NCBI GenBank assembly: GCA_963720355.1
Contig: CAVRFH010000001.1
Location: 604,244-668,243, forward strand
Length of the DNA stretch: 64,000 nucleotides
Direction of reading: 5' to 3'
From: an uncultured Chloroflexia bacterium
GTDB lineage: Bacteria; Chloroflexota; Limnocylindria; Limnocylindrales; CSP1-4
Shown: positions 1-10,095 of the stretch, in pieces
Position numbering within the stretch: the stretch's first letter is position 1
How the letters are laid out: the number at the start of each line of letters is the position of its first letter
The notes under the pieces: model-generated
Told to the model about the DNA's origin: nothing
The model's database searches: none
Seen by the model: the letters and a program-made list of their open reading frames with translations, nothing else
Made by a program: the position numbers and the translations under genes

Positions 1-387
1 ACGGGCTCCCCGTTCGACCCGGTCGTCCTCCCCGACGGACGGCAGGTCGAGATCGGCCAGGCGAACAATGTGTTCGTGTTCCCGGGCGTCGGGCTCGGGG
101 CGATCGTCTCGGAGACCCCGACCATCACCGATGCGATGTTCCTCGCGGCCGCACGCGAGCTTGCCGCCTGCGTCGACGATGCGCGGCTCGCGTCGGGGGC
201 GCTGTACCCGCCGGTCGCGGCGCTGCGTGACGTGTCGTGGCGGATCGCGGTCGCGGTCGCGCGCGCGGCCGGGACCGTCGACGACCCCGGGGCCGAGGTC
301 GCGGCCGCGATGTGGTGGCCCGATTACGTCCCGTATGTGCCGGCTCGCGACCCCGCGACCGAGCGCCGCCGCCCGGTCGACGCGTGA
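1..387 (+). CDS. NAD(P)-dependent malic enzyme, C-terminal fragment (5' end off-window)
   Basis: Frame 1 from the window edge reads [33 protein letters not shown]..., the conserved C-terminal region of malic enzymes. TGA stop at 385-387. Confidence 0.75.
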   Translation, partial: TGSPFDPVVLPDGRQVEIGQANNVFVFPGVGLGAIVSETPTITDAMFLAAARELAACVDDARLASGALYPPVAALRDVSWRIAVAVARAAGTVDDPGAEVAAAMWWPDYVPYVPARDPATERRRPVDA

Positions 388-389
388 CG

Positions 390-1631
390 ATGCTCGTGCG
401 CGCCGCCGTGCTCGAGGAGGTCGGCCGACCGGCCGTCGTGCGCGAGCTCGAGCTGATCGAGCCGAGGGCCGGCGAGGTGCGCGTCCGGATGCTGGCCTCG
501 GGCGTGTGCCACTCGGACCTGCACGTGCGCGACGGCGAGTGGGACCGGCCGACGCCGATCGTGATGGGCCACGAGGGCGCGGGCGTGGTCGAAGCCGTCG
601 GGCCGGGCGTGACGACGCCACGTGTCGGCCAGCTCGTTGCGCTGTCGTGGCTCATCCCGTGTGGGATCTGCCGCTCGTGCCGCCGCGGCCAGGTCTGGGC
701 CTGCCCCGACTCCCCGTCGTACCGGCACACGCTGCTGGATGGGGAGGTGGCGTTCCGCAGCAGTCGGCCGCCTCCCCCGCCGGCATACGGCGTCATTCCA
801 CTGGAGAATGAAACCGCCGACGCCATTCCCCCAGGGAATGACGCCATAGCGTCCAACGGAGAGCCACCACCCAGTGCGGCCCGGAACGAGCCGGCGATCG
901 GCACGACCGACTCCATCCGTTCCTACTGCGCCATCGCGACGATGGCCGAGGCGTCGGTCGTGCCGGCGGTGGCCGCGATCCCGATCCCGGACGGGGTCGA
1001 CCCGGCGGCGGCCGCGCTGGTCGGCTGCTGCGTCACGACCGGCGTCGGTGCGGTGCTGAAGACCGCCCAGGTCCCGGCCGGCGCATCGGTCGCGGTGATC
1101 GGGCTCGGCGGCGTCGGGCTGTCGTGCGTGATGGGTGCCGTGGTCGCCGGGGCGTCGCGGATCGTGGCGATCGACCGGATGGCAGCGAAGCTGGACGCCG
1201 CGAGGGCGGTCGGCGCGACCGACACGGTCCTTGCCGGCGATGAACCCAGCGCGACGCTCGACGCCGTCCGCGACCTCACCGACGGAGGCCCGGACTACGT
1301 CTTCGAAGCGATCGGCCGGGCGTCGACCGCGGAGCTGGCCGTCGAGATGCTGCCCGTGGGCGGGGCGGCGGTGCTGGTCGGCATGACGCCGATCGGCGAT
1401 CGGGCGTCGTTCGAGGTCTACCCCTTCGTCGATGGCTCGCGGCGGATCCTGGGATCGAACTACGGGTTCGCCGACCCGAGCGTCGACTTCCCGCGCTACG
1501 CCGGGTGGATCCTCGACGGCCGCCTGCCGGTCGAGCGGCTGATCGATCGGCGCATCGGGCTCGACGACGTGGAGGGCGCCTTCGACGCGATGCGCGAAGG
1601 CCGCTTCGTGCGCCAGGTCATCGCCTTCTGA
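390..1631 (+). CDS. Zinc-dependent alcohol dehydrogenase (MDR family, class III-like) carrying an atypical 52-codon insert
   Basis: Translation MLVRAAVLEE... contains CHSD and GHEGAGVVE catalytic-Zn motifs, the structural-Zn loop CGICRSCRRG and the Rossmann motif GLGGVG. ATG at 390 lies 3 nt after the upstream stop. The protein is about 50 aa longer than typical family members. Confidence 0.8.
   Translation: MLVRAAVLEEVGRPAVVRELELIEPRAGEVRVRMLASGVCHSDLHVRDGEWDRPTPIVMGHEGAGVVEAVGPGVTTPRVGQLVALSWLIPCGICRSCRRGQVWACPDSPSYRHTLLDGEVAFRSSRPPPPPAYGVIPLENETADAIPPGNDAIASNGEPPPSAARNEPAIGTTDSIRSYCAIATMAEASVVPAVAAIPIPDGVDPAAAALVGCCVTTGVGAVLKTAQVPAGASVAVIGLGGVGLSCVMGAVVAGASRIVAIDRMAAKLDAARAVGATDTVLAGDEPSATLDAVRDLTDGGPDYVFEAIGRASTAELAVEMLPVGGAAVLVGMTPIGDRASFEVYPFVDGSRRILGSNYGFADPSVDFPRYAGWILDGRLPVERLIDRRIGLDDVEGAFDAMREGRFVRQVIAF
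789..845 (+). repeat. Nested/tandem palindromes inside the ADH coding insert
   Basis: ggcgtcattcc (789-799) is the exact reverse complement of ggaatgacgcc (835-845). Internal hairpins are cattcc..ggagaatg and gacgccattccc-cca-gggaatgacgcc (819-845). Confidence 0.6.
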
Positions 1632-3033
1632 CCTCGGGCGCGGCGGTGGCCGCGTCCGCTTCCTCGTCCTCGGGTGGCGCCATCACCGGCGGCTCGGGGT
1701 CCTCGATCGGCGGCAGCAGCTGGGCGCCCGTGATCAGCCGTGTCCCGCGGCCGTGGGTGATGAAGGACCACGCCCAGCGGACGATCACGACGATCCGGTT
1801 GGCGAACCCGATCAGGTACGCGATGTGGATGCCAAGCCACAGCAGCCAGGCGGTGAATCCGCCCTGGCGCCCGAACGGGCCAAGCCACGGGATGTTGGTC
1901 ACGCCCGACAGCCGCCCGATGACCGCCACATCACCCTTGTTCCTGTAGCGGAACGGCTCCCACGGGCGGCCCAGCAGTCGGCGACGGATGACCCCGGCCG
2001 CGTACGAGCCGCCCTGGATGCCACCTTGCGCGACGCCGGGCGCCGGCTGGCCGTCCTTCCACGGCTGCACCGCGGCATCGCCGACCACGAAGATCTCGGG
2101 ATGGCCGGGCAGCGTCAGGTCCGGCCCCACCTTGAGGCGGCCATTGCGGTCCGTCTCGGCGCCGGCGGCCTCGGCGACCTTGCGCGCGAACGACGAGGCG
2201 ATGACGCCGGCGCCCCACAGCACGGTGCGGGTCGGGATGACCTCCTCGGGCGCATCGGGTTCGTCGGTCGGCACGACGCGCACCGACTGGGCGTCGATAT
2301 CGGTCATGCGCGTCTTGAGGCGGACGGTCACGCCAAGCCGCTCGAGCTGCTTCTGGGCCGATGCCGAGCGATCGGGCGGATAGGGCGGCAGGACCCGGTC
2401 CATCGCCTCGATGAGGATGATCGTGGCGTCGCTCGGGTCGATCGCCCGGAAGTCGCGCTTCAGCGTGTCACGCGCGATCTCCCCAAGGGAGCCGGCCAGC
2501 TCGACCCCGGTCGGGCCGGCACCGACCAGCACGAAGGTCATCCACTCGCGCCGCCGGTCCGGGTCAGCTTCCCGTTCCGCGGCCTCGAACGCGATGAGGA
2601 TGCGCCGCCGGATCTCGGTCGCGTCCTCGAGTGTCTTCAGCCCCGGGGCGTGGCGCGCCCACTCCTCGTGCCCGAAGTACGTGTGGTGGGCGCCGGTCGC
2701 GACGATGAGCGTGTCGTACCGGATCGGCCCGCCGTCGGACACCTGGACCTCGCGCCGATCGATATCGATCCCGACGGCTTCGCCGAGGATGACCGTGGCA
2801 TTGCGCTGGCGCGACAGGATCGAGCGCAGCGGCTGGGCGATCTCACCCGGCGAGAGGGCACCGGTGGCGACCTGGTACAGCATCGGCTGGAACAGGTGGA
2901 AGTTGCGGCGATCGAGAAGGGTGACCGCGACCTCGGGGTCGCTCTTGAGGCTACGGGCCGCGTACAGCCCGCCGAATCCGCCCCCGACGATGAGGACCCG
3001 ATGGCGGGTCCGGTCGGTGGCGCCGAGGGTCAC
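1618..3033 (-). CDS. ndh: Type II NADH dehydrogenase (NDH-2)
   Basis: Intact 471-aa ORF with N-terminal RVLIVGGGFGGLYAAR and a second dinucleotide motif LVGAGPTGVELAG. GTG start overlaps the upstream stop (GTGA). Confidence 0.85.
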   Translation of the reverse strand: MTLGATDRTRHRVLIVGGGFGGLYAARSLKSDPEVAVTLLDRRNFHLFQPMLYQVATGALSPGEIAQPLRSILSRQRNATVILGEAVGIDIDRREVQVSDGGPIRYDTLIVATGAHHTYFGHEEWARHAPGLKTLEDATEIRRRILIAFEAAEREADPDRRREWMTFVLVGAGPTGVELAGSLGEIARDTLKRDFRAIDPSDATIILIEAMDRVLPPYPPDRSASAQKQLERLGVTVRLKTRMTDIDAQSVRVVPTDEPDAPEEVIPTRTVLWGAGVIASSFARKVAEAAGAETDRNGRLKVGPDLTLPGHPEIFVVGDAAVQPWKDGQPAPGVAQGGIQGGSYAAGVIRRRLLGRPWEPFRYRNKGDVAVIGRLSGVTNIPWLGPFGRQGGFTAWLLWLGIHIAYLIGFANRIVVIVRWAWSFITHGRGTRLITGAQLLPPIEDPEPPVMAPPEDEEADAATAAPEVRRR

Positions 3034-3608
3034 GCGGCCGGCGTGCCGTCAGGATCCTGTGTCGGGCCTGCGGCGACGACGCGCCGTGGCGGGACGATGG
3101 CCGGACGCGTGACGGGCCGGCCGGGTCCGACGGCGATCGGCCCGGTGGGGCGCATGACCCGTCGACCGCCCGGTGCCTCGACCAGCTCGGTCAGGGCGGC
3201 CACCTCGGGGAGCGCGACCTCGATGTCGTCGGCCTCCGTGCCCCAGCCGGCGGTGTCCTCGGCCCAGATCACGTCGGCTCGCTCGATCTGGGCGACCGGA
3301 CGCGGTCGGGTCGTGGCACGACCCGGTCCACCGAGATCCAGGCCACGCCCGACGGGGCGCAGCTGGACCGGCCCGGCCGGATGCGTGTCGATCAGCTCGA
3401 CCTCACCGGGGATGCGCGACGAGTCGCAGCGATAGCAGCGCACGAGGCGCAGGGCATTGACCGACCGGCAGCTCGCGCAGATCCACATCGCGGACGGGTC
3501 GAGACTGCGACGGTGCGTCGAACGGGGCTGGACGACGAACCGATACAGCAGCCATCCAGCGGTCGGCCCACCAAGAAGGATCATCGCGATAAGGGCAGGC
3601 GGAACCAT
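3030..3608 (-). CDS. Hypothetical membrane-anchored protein with a RanBP2-type zinc finger
   Basis: The ORF track gives 3030..3710 from a TTG. Codons upstream of the ATG at 3608 are rare-codon rich, so I prefer MVPPALIAMILLGGPTAGWLLYRFVV (one TM helix) as the N-terminus. This is followed by WICASCRSVNALRLVRCYRC. The start remains uncertain. Confidence 0.45.
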   Translation of the reverse strand: MVPPALIAMILLGGPTAGWLLYRFVVQPRSTHRRSLDPSAMWICASCRSVNALRLVRCYRCDSSRIPGEVELIDTHPAGPVQLRPVGRGLDLGGPGRATTRPRPVAQIERADVIWAEDTAGWGTEADDIEVALPEVAALTELVEAPGGRRVMRPTGPIAVGPGRPVTRPAIVPPRRVVAAGPTQDPDGTPAA

Positions 3609-3770
3609 GCCGACGCCGGCGCGCAGTAGGTCGATCCAGTGACTGATCTCGATCTGCACTCCCTTTGGCCCCCTACAGGTCCCTAGACTACACCGGACGT
3701 CGCCTGACAACCCATCAAAATGCGCGATTCCCCGGTGAATCCACGCAACCGAATTTTCGGGCGCTACGGG

Positions 3771-6564
3771 TCACTTGTCGCGTTCGGCCGCGCTCGTGAG
3801 GCTGGCCTGGGCGGCCGCCAGCCGGGCGACCGGGACGCGGAACGGTGAGCACGACACGTAGTCGAGGCCGAGCGCCTCGCACTTGAAGATCGAGGCCGGG
3901 TCGCCGCCGTGCTCGCCGCAGATGCCCACCTCGAGATCGGGCCGAGTGGCGCGACCCTTGTCGACGGCGATCTTCATGAGCCCGGCGATCGCGTCGTCCA
4001 GGGTCTGGAACGGGTTGACCGGCAGGATGCCTTCCTCGACGTACTTGAGGAGGAAGTTGCCCTCGGCGTCGTCACGGCTGTAGCCGAACGTCATCTGGGT
4101 CAGGTCGTTCGTGCCGAAGCTGAAGAAGGCGGCGTCCTTGGCGATCTCGTCGGCGACGAGCGCCCCGCGCGGGACCTCGATCATGGTGCCGAACTTGTAG
4201 TCGACATCGATGCCGCCGGCGGCGGCCTCGACCGCCTCGACCTCGGCTTCGAGCAGTTCCTTGGTCCGCTTGAGCTCGTTGGGGTGTCCGACGAGCGGGA
4301 TCATGATCTTGGCGATCGGGTTGCCACCCGCGCGCTTGACCGCGATCTGGGCGTTCAGGATGGCCCGGGTCTGGACCTTCACGAAGTCGGGGAACATCAG
4401 GCCGAGCCGGACGCCGCGCAGCCCGAGCATCGGGTTCTGCTCGTGCATCGACTTGATCGTCGCGAGCAGGACCTTGTCCTCGTCGCTCGCACCGCCGGTG
4501 GACTCGGCCCTGGTGACCTTGACCAGCTGTTCCTCGAGGTTGGGCAGGAACTCATGGAGCGGCGGGTCGAGGAGGCGGATCACGACCGGCAGGCCGTCCA
4601 TCGCCTTGAAGATCCCCTCGAAGTCGCCCTGCTGGAGGACCTCGAGCTTGGCCATCGCGCCGTCGAAGCGGTCGATCGCCGCCCGGTCGTCGCTGTCGAG
4701 CGCCTCGCCGGCCGCCTGCTTCGCCTTGGCCCGGGTCGCCTGGTTCGCGACGAGGATGGCGTCGCGCACGATCTCGAGCCGCTCGCCCTCGCGGAACATG
4801 TGCTCGGTCCGGCACAGGCCGATGCCCTCGGCCCCGTAGCTCCGCGCCTGGGCGGCCTCCTCGGGCTTGTCGGCGTTGGTCCAGACGCCCATCCGCCGGA
4901 TCTCGTCGGCCCAGCCGAGGACCTTCTGGAGCTCGGGCTGATCCTCGAAGCGGGCGCTGACCGTGGGGATGCGCGCCGAGGTAGACCTGCCCGGTGGCGC
5001 CGTCGAGGCTGATCGCGTCGCCTTCCTTGAACGTGACCCCGCTGTCGGAGCTGCGCGCCGTCTTTGCGCCGTAGTCGATGACCAGCTCCGCGCAGCCGGC
5101 CACGCACGGCTTGCCGATCTGGCGGGCGACGACGGCGGCGTGGCTCGTGGCGCCACCGCGGGCCGTCAGGATGCCCTGCGCGACGGCCATGCCGTGGAAG
5201 TCGTCGGGCGACGTCTCGATACGCACGAGGACGACCTGCTCGCCGCGCTCGACCCACTCGACGGCCGTGTCGGCGCTGAACACGGCGCGGCCGACGGCCG
5301 CACCCGGTGAGGCGTTGAGGCCCTTGGCGATTCGCGTCGCGGCCTGCAGCCCGGCCGGGTCGAACTGGTCGCGCAGCAGCTGGTCGACGTGGCCGGGCTC
5401 GATCCGGGCGATCGCCTCTTCCTTGGTGATCGTGCCCTCGTCGACCATGTCGGCCGCGATGCGCACCGCCGCGGCCGCCGTCCGCTTCGCGGACCGTGTC
5501 TGGAGCATGTACAGGCGACCGCGCTCGATCGTGAACTCGAGGTCCTGGACGTCGCGGTAGTGCGACTCGAGCTGCTGGCCGATGCGCTGGAACTGCGCGT
5601 AGACCTCGGGCATGTCGGTCTGCATCTGGGCGATCTTCGGGGCGGTCCGGATGCCGGCGACGACGTCCTCGCCCTGGGCGTTGGTGAGGTACTCGCCGAA
5701 GAGGACCTTCTCGCCGGTGTTCGGGTCGCGGGTGAACGCGACCCCGGTGCCCGAGTCCTCGCCCATGTTGCCGAACACCATCGTCACGACGTTGACCGCG
5801 GTACCAAGGTCGTCGGGAATGGCCTGGTTCTTGCGGTAGTCCTTGGCGCGCTTGCCGAACCATGACGCGAACACGGCCTTGATGGAGAGATCGAGCTGCT
5901 CGTTGGGATCGTCGGGGAAGTCGCGGCCGGTGTCGGCCTTGACGATCGACTTGAACTCGGCGACCAGGTCGCGCAGGGCGGCGGCATCGAGGTCGGTGTC
6001 CTGCTGCGCGCCGTGCGTCGTCTTGGCCGCCTCGAGGGCGTGGTCGAAGCGCTCGCCGCTGACCTCCATCACGATCCGCCCGAACATCTGGATGAAGCGC
6101 CGGTACGCGTCCCACCCGAACCGCTCGTTGCCGGTCAGGGCGACGAGGCCCTGCAGGGTCTGTTCATTCAGGCCGAGGTTGAGGACCGTGTCCATCATCC
6201 CGGGCATCGAGAACTTGGCGCCCGAGCGGACGCTGACGAGCAGTGGGTTGGCCGGGTCGCCGAAGCCCTTGCCGGTCCGCCGCTCGACCTCCTTGACCGC
6301 CTCGAGGACGTCGTCCCACAGGCCGTCGGGCAGCCGCTCACCCGCATCGAAGTAGTCGTTGCAGGCCTCGGTCGTGATCGTGAACCCGGGCGGTGTCGGC
6401 AGCCCGGCGATCGTCATCTCGGCAAGCCCCGCACCCTTGCCACCGAGCAGGTCGCGCATCTGGGCGTTGCCCTCGGCGCCGCCGTCACCCCAGGCGTAGA
6501 TGTAGCGCTTGGCCGCCTGGTGCGGACGCTCGGCGGTCGCCTGCGGCGACGTGGTCGTGGTCAT
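3771..6564 (-). CDS. ppdK: Pyruvate, phosphate dikinase, interrupted by one apparent 1-nt indel
   Basis: The N-terminal two-thirds lie in ORF 4552..6564 (GGKGAGLAEM and the phosphohistidine region GGATSHAAVVARQ). The C-terminal PEP-utilising barrel lies in ORF 3771..5156 (GLCRTEHMF, CGEHGGDP). The two frames join at about 4966-4978 (...DGATGQVYLGA / IPTVSARFEDQ...). Confidence 0.85.
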
Positions 6565-6628
6565 GTGGGCTGGGCCTCCGGGGGAACGGCGGGCGCGCGG
6601 CCCGCAGGGACGGCATCAGGGCCCCGCG

Positions 6629-6634
6629 ATTGTA
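6629..6634 (-). promoter_or_regulatory. Candidate -10 box (TACAAT) for ppdK
   Basis: The minus strand reads cgacggTACAATcgcgg about 65 nt upstream of the ppdK ATG. GGAGG lies 10 nt before the ATG. No convincing -35 was found. Confidence 0.3.
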
Positions 6635-6758
6635 CCGTCGCGGTCGAGGCACACTCGGTTGTGGGCGGGTGACGCCAGGCGGACTCGCGGGTCGCCCGCG
6701 TCCGCGCGCGGCAGCCGGGTACCATCGTGCGGACCGACCGCAGGAGATGCGCCCGCCG

Positions 6759-7643
6759 ATGACCGATCTGGCCAACCTCGACGCCGCCGAGCCCGCCCCC
6801 GACGCCGCCGCTGCAGCGGTGCCGGCGGGGATCGTCGCGAACGACGACGAGCGCTACAACGCGACGCTCATCGACCGGGTCGACCAGCACGACAGCCTGG
6901 CCTATTTCTGGGTCAAGTTCGACGGCGACCCGACACCCTTCGAGCCCGGCCAGTACATGACGATCGGGGTGTTCGTCGACGGGCGGATCGTGCAGCGGCC
7001 GTACTCGGTCGCGTCACCACCGCTCGAAGCCGGCTCGAGCGGCTACGAGTTCTACCTGCGCCTCGTCCAGGGCGGGACGTTCACGCCGGTGCTGTGGGAC
7101 CTGCCGGTGGGTCACCGGATGCGGATGATCGGCCCGAAGGGCAAGTTCCTGCTCGAGCCGGGCGATGACCGCACCCACGTGTTCATCTCGTCGGGTACGG
7201 GCAACGCGCCCTTCGTCTCGATGATGCGCCAGACCCTCGCGGACGGCGCCCCGCGACGGGCGGTGTTCATCAACGGCGTGTCGTACGTGCGCGACCTCGG
7301 CTACCGCCAGATCCTCGTGGATTGGGAGACGACCGGCGGCTACCCGGTCACGTTCCACCCGACCGTCTCCCGGCCCGACGATCCCGCGAACGCCGGCTGG
7401 GACGGCCTCACCGGGCGGGCCGAGGCGGTCGTGGCGCCCGTGTTCGAGAAGCTCGGGCTGCGCGCCGACGACACGATCGCCTACCTGTGCGGCAACCCGG
7501 ACATGATCATCGCGGCCGAACAGACGCTGCTCGGTCTCGGGCTGCCCGAGACCGCGGTCAAGAAGGAGCTGTACTGGCCGAAGGGCAAGGAGCCGCGTGG
7601 CATGTCGGGCGCTGCGGACGCGGCCGCCGCCGACGACGACTAG
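6759..7643 (+). CDS. Ferredoxin-NADP+ reductase-like flavoprotein (FAD/NAD(P)-binding)
   Basis: Contains RPYSVAS (RxYS FAD motif), GPKGKF and ISSGTGNAPF (NAD(P) motif). An alternative in-frame ATG lies at 6747. AGGAG is at 6742-6746. Confidence 0.7.
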   Translation: MTDLANLDAAEPAPDAAAAAVPAGIVANDDERYNATLIDRVDQHDSLAYFWVKFDGDPTPFEPGQYMTIGVFVDGRIVQRPYSVASPPLEAGSSGYEFYLRLVQGGTFTPVLWDLPVGHRMRMIGPKGKFLLEPGDDRTHVFISSGTGNAPFVSMMRQTLADGAPRRAVFINGVSYVRDLGYRQILVDWETTGGYPVTFHPTVSRPDDPANAGWDGLTGRAEAVVAPVFEKLGLRADDTIAYLCGNPDMIIAAEQTLLGLGLPETAVKKELYWPKGKEPRGMSGAADAAAADDD

Positions 7644-7719
7644 CGGCTGCAACACGACTGTCAGCCGTCCGGCGTCGGTCGTCGCTCTGACGAAGGCCTG
7701 AGCAGCGCACCGTCCGGGC

Positions 7720-10095
7720 ATGGTCATCAAGGCCAGGCCGGCGCGCGCCCGGCGCGCATCCGATGGCGTTCCCCCGCCCGGACCGACCGGGGCCGATCTC
7801 GACCCGATCCGCCCGGCGCGATCGGTCGCCCACAGCGGTTACACGGTCCTGGTGTGCGGCAGCGACGGCACGATCGAGGGCTCGGACACGGGGTTGTACG
7901 ACCTCGACACGCGGATCCTCTCCCGCCACGTGGTCCGCCTCGACGGTGCGACGCCCCGTCCCGTGGGTTCATGCGTGTCGATGGCCGACCGCTGGACGGC
8001 GACGCTCCACGCCCCCCAGCCCGGCGGTGACCCGAACGGGCCGCACCTGCCCCAGGACGCCTGGGCGATCCACCTCGATCGGCTCGTCGGCTGCGGCATG
8101 GCCGAGACCATCGCGGTCCGCAACGAGTCGATGGTCGCCAGGACCGCGCGCTTGACCGTCGATCTCGAGGCGGACGTCGTCGACACGCTCCGGGCGCCGG
8201 CCGGCACACCCGATCCGGAGCTCGACGTCGACTGGGATGCGGGCGCCGCCCGGCTCCGTCTGCTGGGCACGCACCGCCACGAGGGACGCGAGGACGCCCG
8301 CGGCGTGGCCATCGCGATCGATCCACCACCGACGGCCGTCGAGCCGGTCGATGGCGCGCCGTACGCCCGGCGGCTCGTCTTCGACCTCGAGGTCGAACCC
8401 CAGGCGGCCTGGACGGTCGCGCTGACGTACGCGTCCCTTGTGGAGGGCGAGGTGCGCTCGCCGGCCGAGGCCGCTGCGCGACGACCGGTCGCGGCCGCGT
8501 GGCGTGCCGGCCGTCCGACGGTGACCACGTCCGAGTCGCTCGTCGGGCCGGCCGTGGAACGCGCGGCGGACGATCTGCTGGCGCTCCGCGCCTGGGAGCT
8601 GGAACCCTCGTCGGACGGGTCCGCCTGGGTCGTCAATGCCGGCGTCCCGTCGTTCACGGGCTTCTTCGGCCGCGATGCGCTGACGGCCGGCTGGCAGTCG
8701 TCGATGCTCGGGGTCGGACCGCTCCGGGGAGCCCTGGCGGTGGCGATGCGAACGCAGGGCCGCCGCGTCGATCCGTGGACCGAGGAGCAGCCGGGCCGCA
8801 TGGTCCACGAGATGCGCCGCGGTCCCCTGTCGATGCTCGGGGTGCGGCCCCACCGCGCCTATTACGGAACGCAGACGACCGGATCCATGTTCCTGCTCGG
8901 ACTCTCCGAGCTGTGGCACTGGACCGGCGATGACGAGCTGCTGCGCACGCACCGCGACGCGGCCATGCGCGCGATCGACTGGGCCGAGGACTTCGGCGAT
9001 CCCGACCGGGACGGCTTCCTCGAATACGGGCAGACGTCGCCCGATGGCCTCAAGAACCAGGGCTGGAAGGACTCGGACGAGGCGATCCGCTACCCGGACG
9101 GACGGATCGTGGAGAACCCGATCTCGACCGTCGAGGAGCAGGCCTTCCACTACATGGCGCTGTTGCGGATGGCCGAGATCCTCGTCGCCCTGGACGAGCC
9201 GGTCGAGCGGGCCGACGCCCTGCTCCGCCGGGCGACCGAGCTGCGCGAGGCGTGGCAGGCGGCCTTCTGGATGCCGGACGAGGGGTTCTACGCGCTGGCG
9301 CTCGATCCGTCTGAGCAACCGGTCGGGACCATCACGTCGAACGTCGGTCATGCCCTCGGCGTCGGGATCGTGCCGCGCGAGCTGGCCCCGGTCGTTGCCG
9401 ACCGCCTCATGGCGGACGACCTGTTCTCGGGCTGGGGGATCCGGACCCTGTCGAGCGACCACCCGTCGTACAACCCGTTCGCCTACCACCTCGGCGCGGT
9501 CTGGCCCGTCGAGAACTCGACGATCGCGCTCGGCTTCAAGCGATACGGCCTCGACGATCACCTCGACCAGCTCATGGAGGGCATGTTCTCCGCCATCGCC
9601 CATTGCCGCGACCTGCGCCTTCCCGAGGCCCTCACCGGCCACGATCGCCGGATCCTGCCGACGCCGCTCCCCTACCCCGACTCGAAGAGCCCGCAGGCGT
9701 GGTCGGCCAGCGCCACCATCCAGTTCCTCCAGGTGGCGCTCGGCCTGTATCCGTTCGCGCCGGCGCGCGTCCTCGGCCTGGTCCGGCCGCGCCTGCCGGC
9801 CTGGCTGCCGAGCGTCACGCTGCACGACCTCCGCGTCGGCGACGCCACGTTGACCCTCCGCTTCGAGCGCGCGGCGGATGGCTCCGCCCATCACTCGGTC
9901 GAGAGCCAGGACGGTCAGCTATGGGTCGTCGAGGTCCCGCCACCCGATGCGACGGGCGGCCACGATGCCGTCCATGCCCGGCTGCTCTCATGGGTGCTGG
10001 AGCGGGCGCCCGGGCGGATCGCGACCGCCCTGCGGATCGCGACGGGCGACGATCGACCGGTCGGGCCCGCGTCGGGTGAGGGCGCCGCGCCGTGA
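7720..10095 (+). CDS. Amylo-alpha-1,6-glucosidase / glycogen debranching enzyme family protein
   Basis: Intact 791-aa ORF. The central and C-terminal regions (FGRDALTAGW, GFLEY, GLKNQGWKDS, HALG, SGWGIRTLS, YHLGAVWP) fit the (alpha/alpha)6 GDE_C fold family. The N-terminal start is uncertain. Confidence 0.7.
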   Translation: MVIKARPARARRASDGVPPPGPTGADLDPIRPARSVAHSGYTVLVCGSDGTIEGSDTGLYDLDTRILSRHVVRLDGATPRPVGSCVSMADRWTATLHAPQPGGDPNGPHLPQDAWAIHLDRLVGCGMAETIAVRNESMVARTARLTVDLEADVVDTLRAPAGTPDPELDVDWDAGAARLRLLGTHRHEGREDARGVAIAIDPPPTAVEPVDGAPYARRLVFDLEVEPQAAWTVALTYASLVEGEVRSPAEAAARRPVAAAWRAGRPTVTTSESLVGPAVERAADDLLALRAWELEPSSDGSAWVVNAGVPSFTGFFGRDALTAGWQSSMLGVGPLRGALAVAMRTQGRRVDPWTEEQPGRMVHEMRRGPLSMLGVRPHRAYYGTQTTGSMFLLGLSELWHWTGDDELLRTHRDAAMRAIDWAEDFGDPDRDGFLEYGQTSPDGLKNQGWKDSDEAIRYPDGRIVENPISTVEEQAFHYMALLRMAEILVALDEPVERADALLRRATELREAWQAAFWMPDEGFYALALDPSEQPVGTITSNVGHALGVGIVPRELAPVVADRLMADDLFSGWGIRTLSSDHPSYNPFAYHLGAVWPVENSTIALGFKRYGLDDHLDQLMEGMFSAIAHCRDLRLPEALTGHDRRILPTPLPYPDSKSPQAWSASATIQFLQVALGLYPFAPARVLGLVRPRLPAWLPSVTLHDLRVGDATLTLRFERAADGSAHHSVESQDGQLWVVEVPPPDATGGHDAVHARLLSWVLERAPGRIATALRIATGDDRPVGPASGEGAAP

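Noticed and set aside
759-914. ADH insert as a mini-intein, tRNA or small RNA gene.
   Set aside because: At 52 codons it is far too short for an intein, and it lacks the Cys/Ser...HN splice junction residues. No cloverleaf with a T-loop (GTTCRANYC) can be drawn. The palindromes are better described as a repeated 11-nt unit.
1753-3435. 560-aa plus-strand ORF antisense to ndh. Similar long antisense ORFs occur elsewhere, e.g. 7969..9894 (-), 26048..28627 (+), 32115..34394 (+), 37020..38957 (+) and 58905..60860 (+).
   Set aside because: Their translations are Arg/Ala/Gly/Pro-rich with no recognisable motifs. Each lies opposite a gene with clear homology-type motifs. Long stop-free antisense frames are expected at this GC content.
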